This document shows positions 1 through 11,300 of a stretch of 64,000 nucleotides of DNA, piece after piece. The stretch spans positions 32,001 through 96,000 of the IMG/VR virus record IMGVR_UViG_3300027887_000007; one strand, written 5' to 3'. Numbering within the stretch: position 1 is the first letter of the stretch; each line of letters begins with the position of its first letter. The translations under genes were made by a program, and so were the position numbers. The notes below the pieces were generated by a model. It was not told where the DNA came from. It was given only the letters and a program-made list of their open reading frames with translations, and did not search any database. The stretch comes from a virus.

Positions 1-35
1 AAGCTGATCAACAGGAACACTCGCAGCAACCACAT
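1..35 (-). CDS. Probable o-spanin (Rz1-like), 5' end only, embedded out of frame in the i-spanin gene
   Basis: Not in the ORF track. Reads ATG TGG TTG CTG CGA GTG TTC CTG TTG ATC AGC (MWLLRVFLLIS), a signal-peptide-like start, with AGGGAG upstream. The lipobox would lie beyond the window edge. Confidence 0.5.
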   Translation of the reverse strand, partial: MWLLRVFLLIS

Positions 36-387
36 CGCACTGCTCCCTCGAGGTTTGTGTCTGGGCAATGATCTTGTTCAGGGAATCTTTGATCGCCGAA
101 CGGGCCCGGGTGAGCTCTACGGCTTGCAGCTGGAGGGTGTCCCTCTGCTTTGCGAGATCCTCCTGCTTCAGCTGGATCGCCTTCTCCTGTGCCTTCCATG
201 TCTCCTGCATCTTCTTTTCCATGTCCTTCGCGCCGGCGACCCGGCCTTCCGAGACTCCCTGCTCGAAGGCCCGGTTGCTGTACCACCGAAGGAGGAGGAG
301 AACGAGGAGGGCAATCCCGACGTATCCGATGATCTTCTTCACCGGCGCCGGTAGGCCTTTCCAGAATCCAAGGACCCACGTAATCAT
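1..387 (-). CDS. Probable i-spanin (Rz-like), runs off the window
   Basis: Not in the ORF track; translated by hand as MITWVLGFWKGLPAPVKKIIGYVGIALLVLLLLRWYSNRAFEQG...KQEDLAKQRDTLQLQAVELTRARSAIK. One N-terminal TM helix plus coiled coil, downstream of the endolysin. Confidence 0.7.
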   Translation of the reverse strand, partial: MITWVLGFWKGLPAPVKKIIGYVGIALLVLLLLRWYSNRAFEQGVSEGRVAGAKDMEKKMQETWKAQEKAIQLKQEDLAKQRDTLQLQAVELTRARSAIKDSLNKIIAQTQTSREQCDVVAASVPVDQL

Positions 388-392
388 GGCGC

Positions 393-767
393 TTAATCCC
401 CGAACGGAAACTTGCTGACGATCCACTTGACGGCCGCGGGGGCGATCAGTTCCATGAGCGAACCTAGCAGGAAGGCGATCCCGTAGTCTAGCGGAATTGA
501 CTGCAGGTAGTCACCGAAGAGCCACTCGATCCGGGTGATGTAGGCGCTGCCGAACACCCACACCACTCCGATCGTGGTCACCCAGCTGACGCCGTTGGCG
601 ATCGACCCCTCAAAGAACCACTCAACGGTTGCGTCCTTCCATTCCCACGGATGCCCGGCACTGGTTGTTCCGGTTTTGTTCCCGTCGTATAAGTACTTTG
701 CGTACTTGAAACCAAGGGTCAGGATCGCTCCCAAGATGTAGGAGAACCAGATGATCCCCTTAGACAT
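393..767 (-). CDS. Holin-like membrane protein
   Basis: Start MSKGIIWFSYILG overlaps the endolysin stop. About three hydrophobic segments; lies between endolysin and spanin. Confidence 0.55.
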   Translation of the reverse strand: MSKGIIWFSYILGAILTLGFKYAKYLYDGNKTGTTSAGHPWEWKDATVEWFFEGSIANGVSWVTTIGVVWVFGSAYITRIEWLFGDYLQSIPLDYGIAFLLGSLMELIAPAAVKWIVSKFPFGD

Positions 768-1179
768 CGGCCCCTCCCGGTTCCCCACTGATAACGAGGA
801 AAACCTTCCCGATCGAGAGCGCGGCTGCCAACTTAGCGTACAGGTCGCCAAACGCTAAGCGGCTCTCTCGAATCTCGTCTTTGCCCTTGGTCCTGCCGAC
901 GAGGATACAACCTTCGGTGTCCGCAGCGGTGTTGCCGGAGTGGATCCGGATCCCGTCGAAGCACGGGACATTAAGAAGGAGCGGCATGAGGCGCTGGAAT
1001 CGGTCGGACCAGTTGATGACCACCTCGTACCGCCCCCGGGGAATGGCGGTCTCGCCGTAGACCTTTGGCCCGAACCTGACAACGTCTTCGAGCGTGAAGC
1101 ACTCGAACTGGCCGGCAATCGTTAGCTCGCCGATTGTACTTCGTTCTGTAAACTCTTTACGGCTTAGGTTTAGTTCCAC
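760..1179 (-). CDS. DUF5675-family putative endolysin (L,D-transpeptidase-like His/Cys motif)
   Basis: TIGEL..FECFTLED, GETAIPRGRYEV, and IRIHSGNTAADTEGCILVG are typical of DUF5675; lysis-cassette position. Confidence 0.8.
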   Translation of the reverse strand: MELNLSRKEFTERSTIGELTIAGQFECFTLEDVVRFGPKVYGETAIPRGRYEVVINWSDRFQRLMPLLLNVPCFDGIRIHSGNTAADTEGCILVGRTKGKDEIRESRLAFGDLYAKLAAALSIGKVFLVISGEPGGADV

Positions 1180-1507
1180 TCCTTATCGCTCCCGTCGACT
1201 GCTTCAGGATCCCGTGCATGATCTCGTTGTTCTGGTGCATCAGGGCGATCAGTTCTCCGTGTTGCTGTGTCATCTGACCGAGGATACCATTCACTTGCCT
1301 AACGATCTCCGTGTTCGACCTGATGAGCTCCGCGTTGATTTGAACCTGCGCTTGGATCTCGTAGACACGACCGGCGCTTATCCTGTCGTGAGCGATCCCC
1401 AGAATTTGCAGGACAGCCATGATGACGAAGCCAACGATGATCGCCGACCTCCACCGCACGACGTTCAGGTACTCTCTAGCTTCTGGACTCAGTTTGGCTT
1501 CCACCAT
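1157..1507 (-). CDS. Membrane-anchored coiled-coil protein (holin/antiholin-like)
   Basis: Start MVEAKLSP is coupled (TAATG) to the upstream stop. TM segment AIIVGFVIMAVLQILGI, then heptad-like region. Confidence 0.5.
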   Translation of the reverse strand: MVEAKLSPEAREYLNVVRWRSAIIVGFVIMAVLQILGIAHDRISAGRVYEIQAQVQINAELIRSNTEIVRQVNGILGQMTQQHGELIALMHQNNEIMHGILKQSTGAIRSGTKPKP

Positions 1508-1755
1508 TAGCGCCTCCGGAGATACTCTATACCTATCACCGTAACGGTAGTAGCAATACCTGAGATCGCCCCCCAAAACCCAGACTTTAGCTTGGAAACG
1601 GCAAGCTCCAGCCGGAGTTCGTCGATCTGAGCGGACATCTTCTCATTGTGTTCCTGTAAGCTTTCCAGTTGCTTCAGGACGTACCGCGACCACTCCCTCC
1701 AACCGTTGTCGGTCCCGGTCATGATCGGCGAACTGATTCTGTCATCGTTCGGCAT
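1507..1755 (-). CDS. Small coiled-coil plus C-terminal TM protein (XhlA/holin-like)
   Basis: MPNDDR...WREWSRYVLKQLESL coiled coil, then GFWGAISGIATTVTVIGI TM; GGAGG RBS. Confidence 0.55.
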   Translation of the reverse strand: MPNDDRISSPIMTGTDNGWREWSRYVLKQLESLQEHNEKMSAQIDELRLELAVSKLKSGFWGAISGIATTVTVIGIEYLRRR

Positions 1756-2305
1756 CGAGCCTCCTCCAATGCTCAAGCTTTGGGCAGTCCAAGCAAGGCA
1801 TCGTGTGTACTCTCATCAGTCGTAGTACCAACCTGATCTCGTCGGCGGTTGCTGGCTTGTCTAGGACTATGAAAATCCCAAGCGTCTTGAGCTCAGAGAG
1901 AAGCTCCGCGTCTGGCCGCAGTTCTGTAGCGACAACGACCGGGGTGTGTGGATGATACCTTCTTATGAGTCTAGCGACGTCGACTCCCTCGCTGTCGTGA
2001 AGCGTCAGGTCCGTCCAGATGAAATCGAGCGGCCCGGACAACATGGGGATTGCATCCTTCGAGGTGCCGGCGACGTATGTGTCAGCCTCAACTAGATCCG
2101 TTATCGTCCTTGCGGACCTTCGCGCATGGGCCTCGTTCCGCTCCAGCAGTAAGACCCGAACCCGGTGTACCAAAGCGTTATAGATGTGCCGGAGCCTTAT
2201 TAGGTTCTCCCGGGTCTCGCCGAAGTCTATTTTCATAGAGCTTAACCTCATGGAGAGCGGCAGAAGGGCCCGGACAGTTGAGCCGTGTCCTGACAATTCC
2301 CCCAT
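1742..2305 (-). CDS. Stand-alone response regulator receiver (CheY-like) domain protein
   Basis: VRVLLLE (beta1), FIWTDLTL (phospho-Asp), PVVVAT (conserved Thr), LDKP (conserved Lys-Pro); C-terminal CLDC. Confidence 0.75.
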   Translation of the reverse strand: MGELSGHGSTVRALLPLSMRLSSMKIDFGETRENLIRLRHIYNALVHRVRVLLLERNEAHARRSARTITDLVEADTYVAGTSKDAIPMLSGPLDFIWTDLTLHDSEGVDVARLIRRYHPHTPVVVATELRPDAELLSELKTLGIFIVLDKPATADEIRLVLRLMRVHTMPCLDCPKLEHWRRLDAER

Positions 2306-2319
2306 TTTTGCCCCCCTTT

Positions 2320-5300
2320 CTACATTGGAGGGGGAGAAGGCAGTGCGTTCTCTTGGCTGGCCGGGACAGCTTCATCTTCCGGCCATTTCAGGGAAGGCGC
2401 AAGCCTGAGTTCTTCCTCTTTCAGCTTTTCGAGTTCATGTCCTATCTGATCCTGCGTGAGCCCCTTGGCGCGGCCCGCCTTTATGGCGTCTGCTGCCTTC
2501 AAGGCCGATCGGGCCATGGCCAGCATGGACAGATAATAGGCGTCGATGTCCTTCCGCTTCCGCTCGGGCGTAGCCTCCGGCCTCCTAGAGTTGATAACCA
2601 TCCTCACTTGGCCATGGTACAGGCGGATGATTTCTCCTGCCGCTTTCAGGGTAGCGTACTCTGCCCACTCGTCGTCAGTAAGTTGTGGAGCGGACACGCT
2701 GCCGGGATTCTTTATGCCCTCACGGAAGCTCTGGTACCTCATCTCGAGGCGCTGTAACCGCTTCTGTAGCTTCTGTAGACTGACCAGTCCCCCGCTGGGG
2801 TACCTTACTCCAAAAGTGCGGGCAAGGCTAACGTCTACCATCTTGGGCGTGGGATCGGTTGGCCCTGAGTCGGGAATGAGGCGGTCGACCACCTCTCGCG
2901 TCACGATGCGGCCGGCCCCCGCCGTGTAACCGAACATGAGGTTTTCCAGCTTCACCGGACTGACCCGGAAGTCGAAGATATCCTCACCGAAGACCTTCGT
3001 CATCTCATGGTATATCTTGGCGATCGCTTTCGACGTCGTGACGGCAGCCTTCGACGTGTACCATTCAGCGCGATCCTCCGGCTCAAGGAGCTGCATGTGC
3101 GGAGTTTCAATCATCCGACCGGTAAAGAAGCTGTGGTTGAAGTAGTTCTCGAGTAGCGGCATGATGCCCGTCGCCTGGGCGAACGGGACGGCCGGTAGGA
3201 CCTGAGTAAATGTATTAGTGAGGAACTCGTCAATCGCGCTTTTGTCCCGACGGTGGATCCACTCGCACATGCGCTCTGCGGTGTTGCAGAAGACATAGCC
3301 CCATAGGAACGGCTTTGGAATCGGAACGTACGGCGTTACTTTGTACAGGCTCGTTCCCTTGGTGGGAAAGAGCCAGCACGAATCCTTCAGCCACCACGGC
3401 AGCTCTTGGTACTTTTCGTCGTCCTTATTTACCGACCATAACAGGACTGAGATAAGGGCCAGCGCAGAGCCTTTGATGGCAGACTCATATGGCCGCTCCT
3501 TGATGGTTCGTCCGAACTTGTCAATGTCCTGTACCGCGGCATTCCAGAACGCATGGGTCATGGAAATCGAGAGCATCTTAGCTCCCATGCGACTGTAGTC
3601 TAAGGTCGCCTCGCGTGACTCAAGGGCGGCTTCCCTTATTGGCATACCCTTGTCCCTAGCCAGCTTGTACACCGCGACTCTGGTCATTTCCTCAGAAAGC
3701 TCGGAGAGAACCCGTAAGGAATCAATCCACTTTCTCGGCTTTATCGCCGTAAGGATGGGGTGGGTCACTAGGTCGGTCAACTGCTGCCTGATGTGATCCC
3801 TGTCTAGAGAAATCATGGCGGCGTGAGCCCCACCGCCACGGATCCATTCATGATACAGATCATCACGCTTGAAGACGTGCCACAGCCCCATCAGGGAGTG
3901 CCATCCCGGGACAAATCCAAGGGGATGCTTTTTGGAGTAAAGACTGGTCTGCATGAATGCAGTCGCGGCGTCCCGAAGTATGTTCTTCGGCGTGAACTCC
4001 GGGTTGATTCCGGTCGCTCCCAGTCGAAGGATCTTCGCCGGAACAGCGAGGACCCTCATAAGGACGTTCACCTCTTCAACGTCTAGACCTTGCACAGCGT
4101 TGTACAGCTCCGGGTTAAGCTGAAGCAACTTAACCTTTCCTCGTACGTGGACCGTTATGATGTTCTCTTTTGGAGAGGGCGCCTTGATCGGCCTGAAGAC
4201 GGTCGCAATCGCATCGAGGTCAATGTCCGGATCGGACAGGTTAAACCCAGCCGCCTCGAGGGCGCCGCGTATCTCCGAGAGCGTGAACGAGGTTGGGCGC
4301 ATGTCAGGCGGAACCGGCTCCGCAACCCAGCCGGCACCATCCAGTTGAGACAGACTGTAGAGTGCTTGGGCTACTCTGTTCCGGTCTGCGAGGTTGATCA
4401 TCGTGTACGTGTTCTTGATGATCGTCTCAAGCGGATCGAGAATTGGAAGCCAAGATCCAGTAAACTTTTTCAAGCTTCCCGGTTGCCACAAGTTCCCGAC
4501 CCCTTCTCCGGCCATCCCCTTTGAGCCACCGGATTTTTCCCCGATGCCGGCCTCGTAGAGCCGATGGAACGGAACGTAGAACTTGTTCATCTTCTTGATC
4601 TTCTCGTACGGACCGGGATGATTCGGGTCATAGCTTCTCTCAAGCATCCCGCTATCTGCGTAGTACCTGAGCAGGCGATCCTGATAGTCGTACATCCCTT
4701 GGAGGGCGTTCCATATCATCGCCGCCTCAGGAGTAATCGGCTGTAGCGTTCTGGGATCAAAGCCCTGAAGCTGAAGACTAGACCTAGCTTCATCCAGCGT
4801 GATGCCGACTTCTCTCCCTTGCAGTCCCTTTTTCTCTAACGTGCGAAGGGCGATGGCACAAATGCGAAGGTCGTCCAGCCTGTCTCGGACAGGCTCCAGA
4901 ATAGCCCGGAATCCGTCGCCGGTAGGTGATAGGTTTATGGGATCAAATGTGTCTACGTTGAGGAACTGGTCGGCTTTTGCTACCCAGCCAGCCCGCAGCC
5001 TAGCCAGAAGGTGGGGATCCTCTACCTTTAGGTCTGCCAGTTTTTTACCGGCCTCCTTCTCGATTCTCTTAACTACCTTGTTTAGCGGATTGAGATGATT
5101 GATAACCTTCGTGTACAGTCCGCTCCACCAGTTGGTCTCGTAGATAGGGGCATCGAAAGAGATGTGGGCGAGGATTTTAGCCGACGCCGGCTGCGCTGCC
5201 CAGCGAATGAAATCGTCTCGCGCCGTGGTAAGAGCCTTCTTTACATCTGGATTTAGGTCGAGCGTCCGCTCAAAGAACTGAGTGAAGGATGGCGCCGAGG

Positions 5301-8300
5301 CCCTCGCCACTGGATTCTGTGTCACCCACAGCCTAACGTACTCGGCAAACCCTTCGGGAATCTTGGATCCGCCGGCGCGTGGCTTGGTCGCCAGCGGCTC
5401 CAGCTCGGTTGCGAAGGGTGCGAGCGCGGAGTAGTTCAAGTCCCCCTTGGAGAGACCCCACAATAGCTTGTTGATGTGATGCCCGGCCTCATGGAAGGCG
5501 ACGTTCAGGGGTCCGAGGTCTCCCGGCTTTTCACCGACGCCGCCAAGTTTCTTCCGCAGGCGTATGACCTCGGCGCGTGGCTTGTAGATCCCCAGCGCCT
5601 TCATCCTGAATCGGCCGAACCTCATTGGTACGTTCAGTGCCTTAGTCAGGTCCTTGAGGATCTTGTGCTTCGTCACAAGGTCCTTGCGGCTTAGCTTCTG
5701 CGGGTTGGGACCCGGCTGGAAGGCAGTCGAGCCAGCGACGGGCGGCAGGACCGGTGGAGTCGACGCCATCGCCGAGGGCGGCGGCAGTAGTGGGACGGTC
5801 GTCGCCCCGCTCACGGGACCTTCCTCGAGCGAGAGCGTCGGGCCGTTCGGGTCGCTGATTCCCTCTTTGCCCGTGATCTGGTCAAGCTCCTGCTGCATCC
5901 TTAATAGATGCGGCATGTATGCGTTCGCTTCGATCTTGGCCTGCACCTCGTCGTACTTCCGGCTCTCAAGGATGTGGTTCTTTACCTCTGTGGTCACATC
6001 CAGAACCGTGTTTCCCTCTAGGAGCCACTGGTCGAGATCGTTGGTCTGGATCCAGTTGAGTAGGCGTTGGGCCATGATCGGCGCCTTGTGAACCATGCGC
6101 TGATCTGACACGTCTCCTATTCCGTCGATGATCCGCTTCGCCGACTCCATGGCCTGCTCGACCCAGAACTGGGCGCCCTTGGCAGCCTGGAAGTTATCCG
6201 TCGGCGGCTCCATTTCAAGGCCGAGGTCGATGCTCTTCTTGCCGTCTCCTTGGTCGTACGGCATCAGTGGGGACGGACCGCTACCGCCCCCAGCTGATCC
6301 CGGCGGGGTCGTGGGATCGGCCGTACCAGTCGAGATGACCCTGTCCGCTGGGTACTTCTCGATGATCTTGTCCAAGAGCTTCGGGCCGTCGTTCTCGTCG
6401 AGTGGGATGAAAGCCCGGGGCCGCATAGATCCTCCGGGGGTCTTGATAACCTCGACGATGGCGCCCCACTCGCGCAGCTGCGCCACCAGAGATTCCTTGT
6501 AGGCGCGGCTCATGTTGATCTCCATCCGTCGTTCGCCGTGGATGGGATCACACATGTAAATCTGCCAGTTATTCGTGAGCTGGACGTTCGCGCCGGAGCG
6601 GATCATGTGGAAGAGAGAAGTGCCGGTCTCGGCCTTCAGCTCTGTCCCAAGGCCTAGCCTCTGCTTGAGAGCGGTGATCTCGTTGGCCTGTACTTGGAAC
6701 CCGATTATTCCACTACCGTCCTTCAGGATCGCCCGAACAACCCGCACATGACGGAGTCCGTTATCTCCCATGATCTTGTCATAGACCGGGAAGATGGCGC
6801 CTGTGACCATGTAGATAGGCGCCCGGAACGTCTTAGGGATTGAGGCGAGCTCCATGTTCCAAAGTGTCCGCGCCCGCTCGATGCCCCACAGTGGGACCGT
6901 GATCCTGCCAAGCAACGGCGGCGCCTCGCCCTCCATCCTCTCCACCGCTTCTCGCTCTTCAAGCGAACGAGGGGGTTTGGGCAAGCCCTGAGCGGCCCGC
7001 TTCTCTTCGTGTTCGATGATCTCGTAATACCGAGTTTCATCCTTGGGATTAGACCAACGGATCGGTGCTTTCTGGTTGGGCGCATTCGGATCCTGCGCCA
7101 CTCTCAATGCGCCCGGCGCCGGCTCGATGTCCTCCTTGGCATAGTTCTTTTGGAACTCTTCCAGCGGGACCCGTTCCCTGCGGAACTTCACGCTACGAAG
7201 ATCGACATAGCGAGACCCGTCCTGAGGATCAATCCAAGTGTAGGCTGCGTAAATCATGCCGCTGCGCTTGTTGGTGTAGAACCCCAACATGCCAGCTGAC
7301 CGCGGGAGATCCTCGAACTGCTGTCTGGGCGACTCGAAACTTCCCTCCATTTCGACGAGCTGAGTCTCCGCTCCGGAGCGAGGGTCGGTGTAAAGATGCT
7401 CTGCCCCTTTAATGTCGATCTCGGTGGCGCGGATCTTGGATACGCCCTCGTCGAACCGTCCAGCTTCCTTTGCTGCCTGCACTAGGCGGGTGTAGGTGGC
7501 GTAGAAGTAATCGAACACCGCGTTTTGGACGGTGACCGGAAGGACCATGATCCGGTTAAGGAAGTTCTCCGGGTTTCTCCCGGCGGTCGGACGAAGGTGA
7601 AGTTTGCCCTGCTTGTCCTTTCGGACATAACCCAGCTTCGTCAGAATCTCCTGACCGCTCATGTCGGGATGGTAGAAATTCCCCGCCATGAGGTCGGCTA
7701 CCGTGTGCATACAGGCAGCCTTGCCGTAAGCATCCGTGAAATCTTCGATGTTGAAGAGTGACCCGGCCAAAGCCTCGCGGTGTCCTTGGGTGAAGGCGCC
7801 GAGGCTCGCCAGCCTTCTTGATACGGCATTGATCAGCCGCTCTTGCCCGCGAACATTCGTCCGCACAAGATAGATCATCGGTGCAGACGCTTGGTTGGAT
7901 CGGTGGGCGCGGCCGAAGAACTGCATCTGTTGATCGGCGGACCACGACAGTTGGGCGCAGAACATGACGCGGCGTTTCTTGTTCACTGCCGCCCTTGATG
8001 CGTGAGCGCTGATCCCTGCGTTCCCAGCCGCAGTGATGACCAGTACGTCTGTCTCGCCCTTCTGGAAGCGGCGCAGCTCCCAGTTGTTCTTCGTGTCGCC
8101 CTTCGTCAGCTTCAGTCCGTCCGGTTTGACCGATACGTGCTGCCCGTTCTCAAGCCTATGTTCTCTCCCCGAGATTTCCGAGATGCGCGACCATCCGCCG
8201 AAGTGCTGGCCGATCAGGTCGATTGGATTGTCGGGGAGAACGAGGCTATCGCAGAGAGCGAGAAGCTCTTGCTGCTTTTCCACGTTAGCCTGGTTCTGCT

Positions 8301-11300
8301 CGCCGGTCGGGATGTGTTCGAGTTTACCGGTCATCGGATCCCGCGAGACGTCGAACTCCTCCGTCGGGAAGTACTCCTCGATGAAACGCCTGACCATCTG
8401 CCGCGGGCCAAGGTCGATGTCGTCTAGGCTCTTTCCCGCAGCCTTTCTCTCAGTAACGATTTCCTCCATGAGTGTTTCGTTGGTGCTGAGGATGTTGATG
8501 ATCGGAGCCATCCCCTGTGCGAGACACTCATCTACCTTCTCGAACATGGATCCGATCTGGTAGGTAGTCATCAGCTGGAGGAAAAAGCGCTGCTGCATAC
8601 TGTAGTACACGCTGAAGCGAGTCTGATCGTGCCTTTGGTGGGCATTCTTCTCGGCCCATTCCATTGCCTGAACAAGCTCTGAGAAGAGCGATGCCGCATT
8701 GTTGTACTGCTCTACCTGGAACTCATTCAGCTGGTGATCGACGTAGCCATACTCCACCTTCTCCCAAGGCTCGGCGTCTGGACCTCCGTAGCTTAGGGAC
8801 CGGCTGATGAAGAGACCTACCGCTTTGAGGTCACGCGCAAGCATCTCCATGGACTGGAGACCGCCGGCCCGCATTGCTTCGGTGAAGTCGTCAAAAGTCT
8901 TGAACGGAGATCCCTCGGCTCCCCACAGCATGAGGCGATCCATGTAGCCCATGTTCGACGGCTTTGTCGCACCGGTCGCTGAGACGTAGACGATCCTCGC
9001 CTTGGGGAACACCTTCGATAGTTCCCCGCCCATCTTCCCGGCATTGGTGCCGCCCGTCGACCCGGAGTGGCTTCCATCGTCGGGGATGGCATTCTTCATC
9101 TTGTGGCTTTCGTCAAAGACGATCACGCCGTCGAAGTCTTTGGGGTCTCCCTTTACTTCCACTTCCTTGCCGACCATCGAAGACGGGATCCGCTCGCTCA
9201 GGCCGGTCTCCGGGTTTGTCCAGAAGTCTCCAGCTTCGAGGATCTTCTTTGTCCTCGGCGTGAGGAAGTCGACTATCTGCCGGAATCTCTTTGGATCCGA
9301 ACCCCACCCGATCGAGGCGGTACTGTACTGCGTGAACAGGATCCCGTCGTCTGTGACCGGAGCCTCATCGGCATAACGCGGATCGTTGAGGTGGATCGTC
9401 TTCATCGGCACCATGACTCTGTTGATGTCGCGTTGGGCCGATTCGAGGAGCTGAGATGTTGCGGTTAGCCAGAGGGCCCGCTTGTTTCCCGTCTCCCGCA
9501 GGTAGTGATAAATGATGCCGGCGATCTCGCGCCCCTTGCCGACACCGGTCCCGTCACCAATCCAGAACCCATAATGCCGACCATCCTTGGTCAGATCGTT
9601 CAGGGCTTGGACTGCAAACGTGACGCACTCGAGCTGGGCATCACTAAGGCCGAGCGGCTCTTCTCCCTCGGGAACCGGGGGCGGATGGAAGACATCCTCG
9701 GGGAGGTTTAGCTTTACCTTAACGTCTGGGAAGTCGACCGACGCTTGCGGTCCGCTCTCAATCAGCGGCGCCGGATGGGGGGTTACCCCCTCGTACAGTG
9801 CCTTCCGAACTTGGTAACGGACGTAGACGGCCGATTCCTCCTCGCCCATCTTCCTGTCCGTCGTGACTATCTTTATGTCGGCGGGAGGAGGTTGAGGTTC
9901 GACAGGAGGTTCGTTGCCACCTCGAGGCCCCACACCTTCAGTGTCCTCGGGTCCGGGTTCACCGGGACCGGGAGGTCTGGGAGGAGCCGGAGGATTTCCC
10001 TCTCCACGAGTTCCGGGCGCGTGAACGCCACCTCCCCCACCGCCTGAAGCCCCTCCTCGCCCCCCAGGTCGTCCGCCTCGAGAAGTACCTCCTCGCCCTC
10101 CTCCACCTCCAGAGCCGCCACCAGTGCCTTCACCAGTGGGTGGTTCCCCGGGGGGAGTTGGAGGTGTTGGAGGAGGAGGGAGGCTTGGCGGTTGGCTTCG
10201 CTCAGTTGTACGGCCATAGATGTCATCCTCGGCTATCTTCGCCAGAAGGACAGCCGCCTCTGACGGAGAACATTCCTCTCCTGTTACGATCTCGGCGCCC
10301 TTGGGTAGCGGACCGATCTTGTCGATTACGAGAAGCCTCTGCGGGAAGGAGGTCCCCATCTTCTGGTAGAACTTCCCCGCGAGTCCAATATCTGCACGGA
10401 CGGTGTACTTCTGGTCGACCTCGCCCCACCATCCGACAAACTTGTCTTTCCCCCGGGCCATCCCCTCGCCGATGATCGCCACGAGGCGACCGCCGGGGGA
10501 TAGCTTCTGGAGGGCCTGCATGATGTGGCGGGCCCCGTGAGCAGTATTCTTACCGGTCGGACCGGCAGAGAACGGGGGGTTCATCAGGACGAGGTTCGGC
10601 CGGAGATCAGATACAGCCGTTCCCGTAGTGTTGATGTGCAGGGCATCGACGTCCGTGGTCGTGAAGCCACGGATCTGTAGCATCTGCAGCCGGCGCTCGT
10701 CGATCTCGTTGGCCGTTACCTGAGCCCCGCGGATCCGGAGCATGGTCGCAAGCATCCCCGTCCCGGCGCTCGGCTCCAAGGCGCTCATCGGACCTGACGC
10801 TATTCCTAGGGCGTAGGCAGCTACGAAGGCCTGAGCCGGCGGCGTCGAGAACTGCTGGAGGTCGATCTGCTCCATGGTCCGATCGGACTGAACGGCCAGC
10901 CTCGACTGGAGCTCCATGAGCGCCATGAGGGTTTCAATCGGGTTGCCGAAGTCGACGATGTTCGACATCTCGATCGCCGCGGAGACCCCGGCCTCGAAGG
11001 CGTCGTACATGTCGCGGAGCTCGTACTTACCCTCGCCACGCTGCCCGCCGAACACTTCGTTGGCCATCGCCTGAAGCTTGCGGTTGTTGAATGACTCGCC
11101 GGCAAGGATCGCAGCGCGGACCTTGGCTACTAGATTCCTGTACTGCTCCTGCTTGGTCTGGGTCTCGGGCGGCGGCGGGGGCGGCGCCTCAGGTCGACGG
11201 AAACCCATGATCCGGGCGTAGTTCTCGACCATCTGGTAAACCTGATCGAGATACGGCCGTACCCATTCGGCGCTGTTGGCGATCACGGCTTCCGCCCACT

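Noticed and set aside
9130-9270. Intein in the helicase domain
   Set aside because: The insert is only about 40 aa and has no splice-junction residues (C/S...HN).
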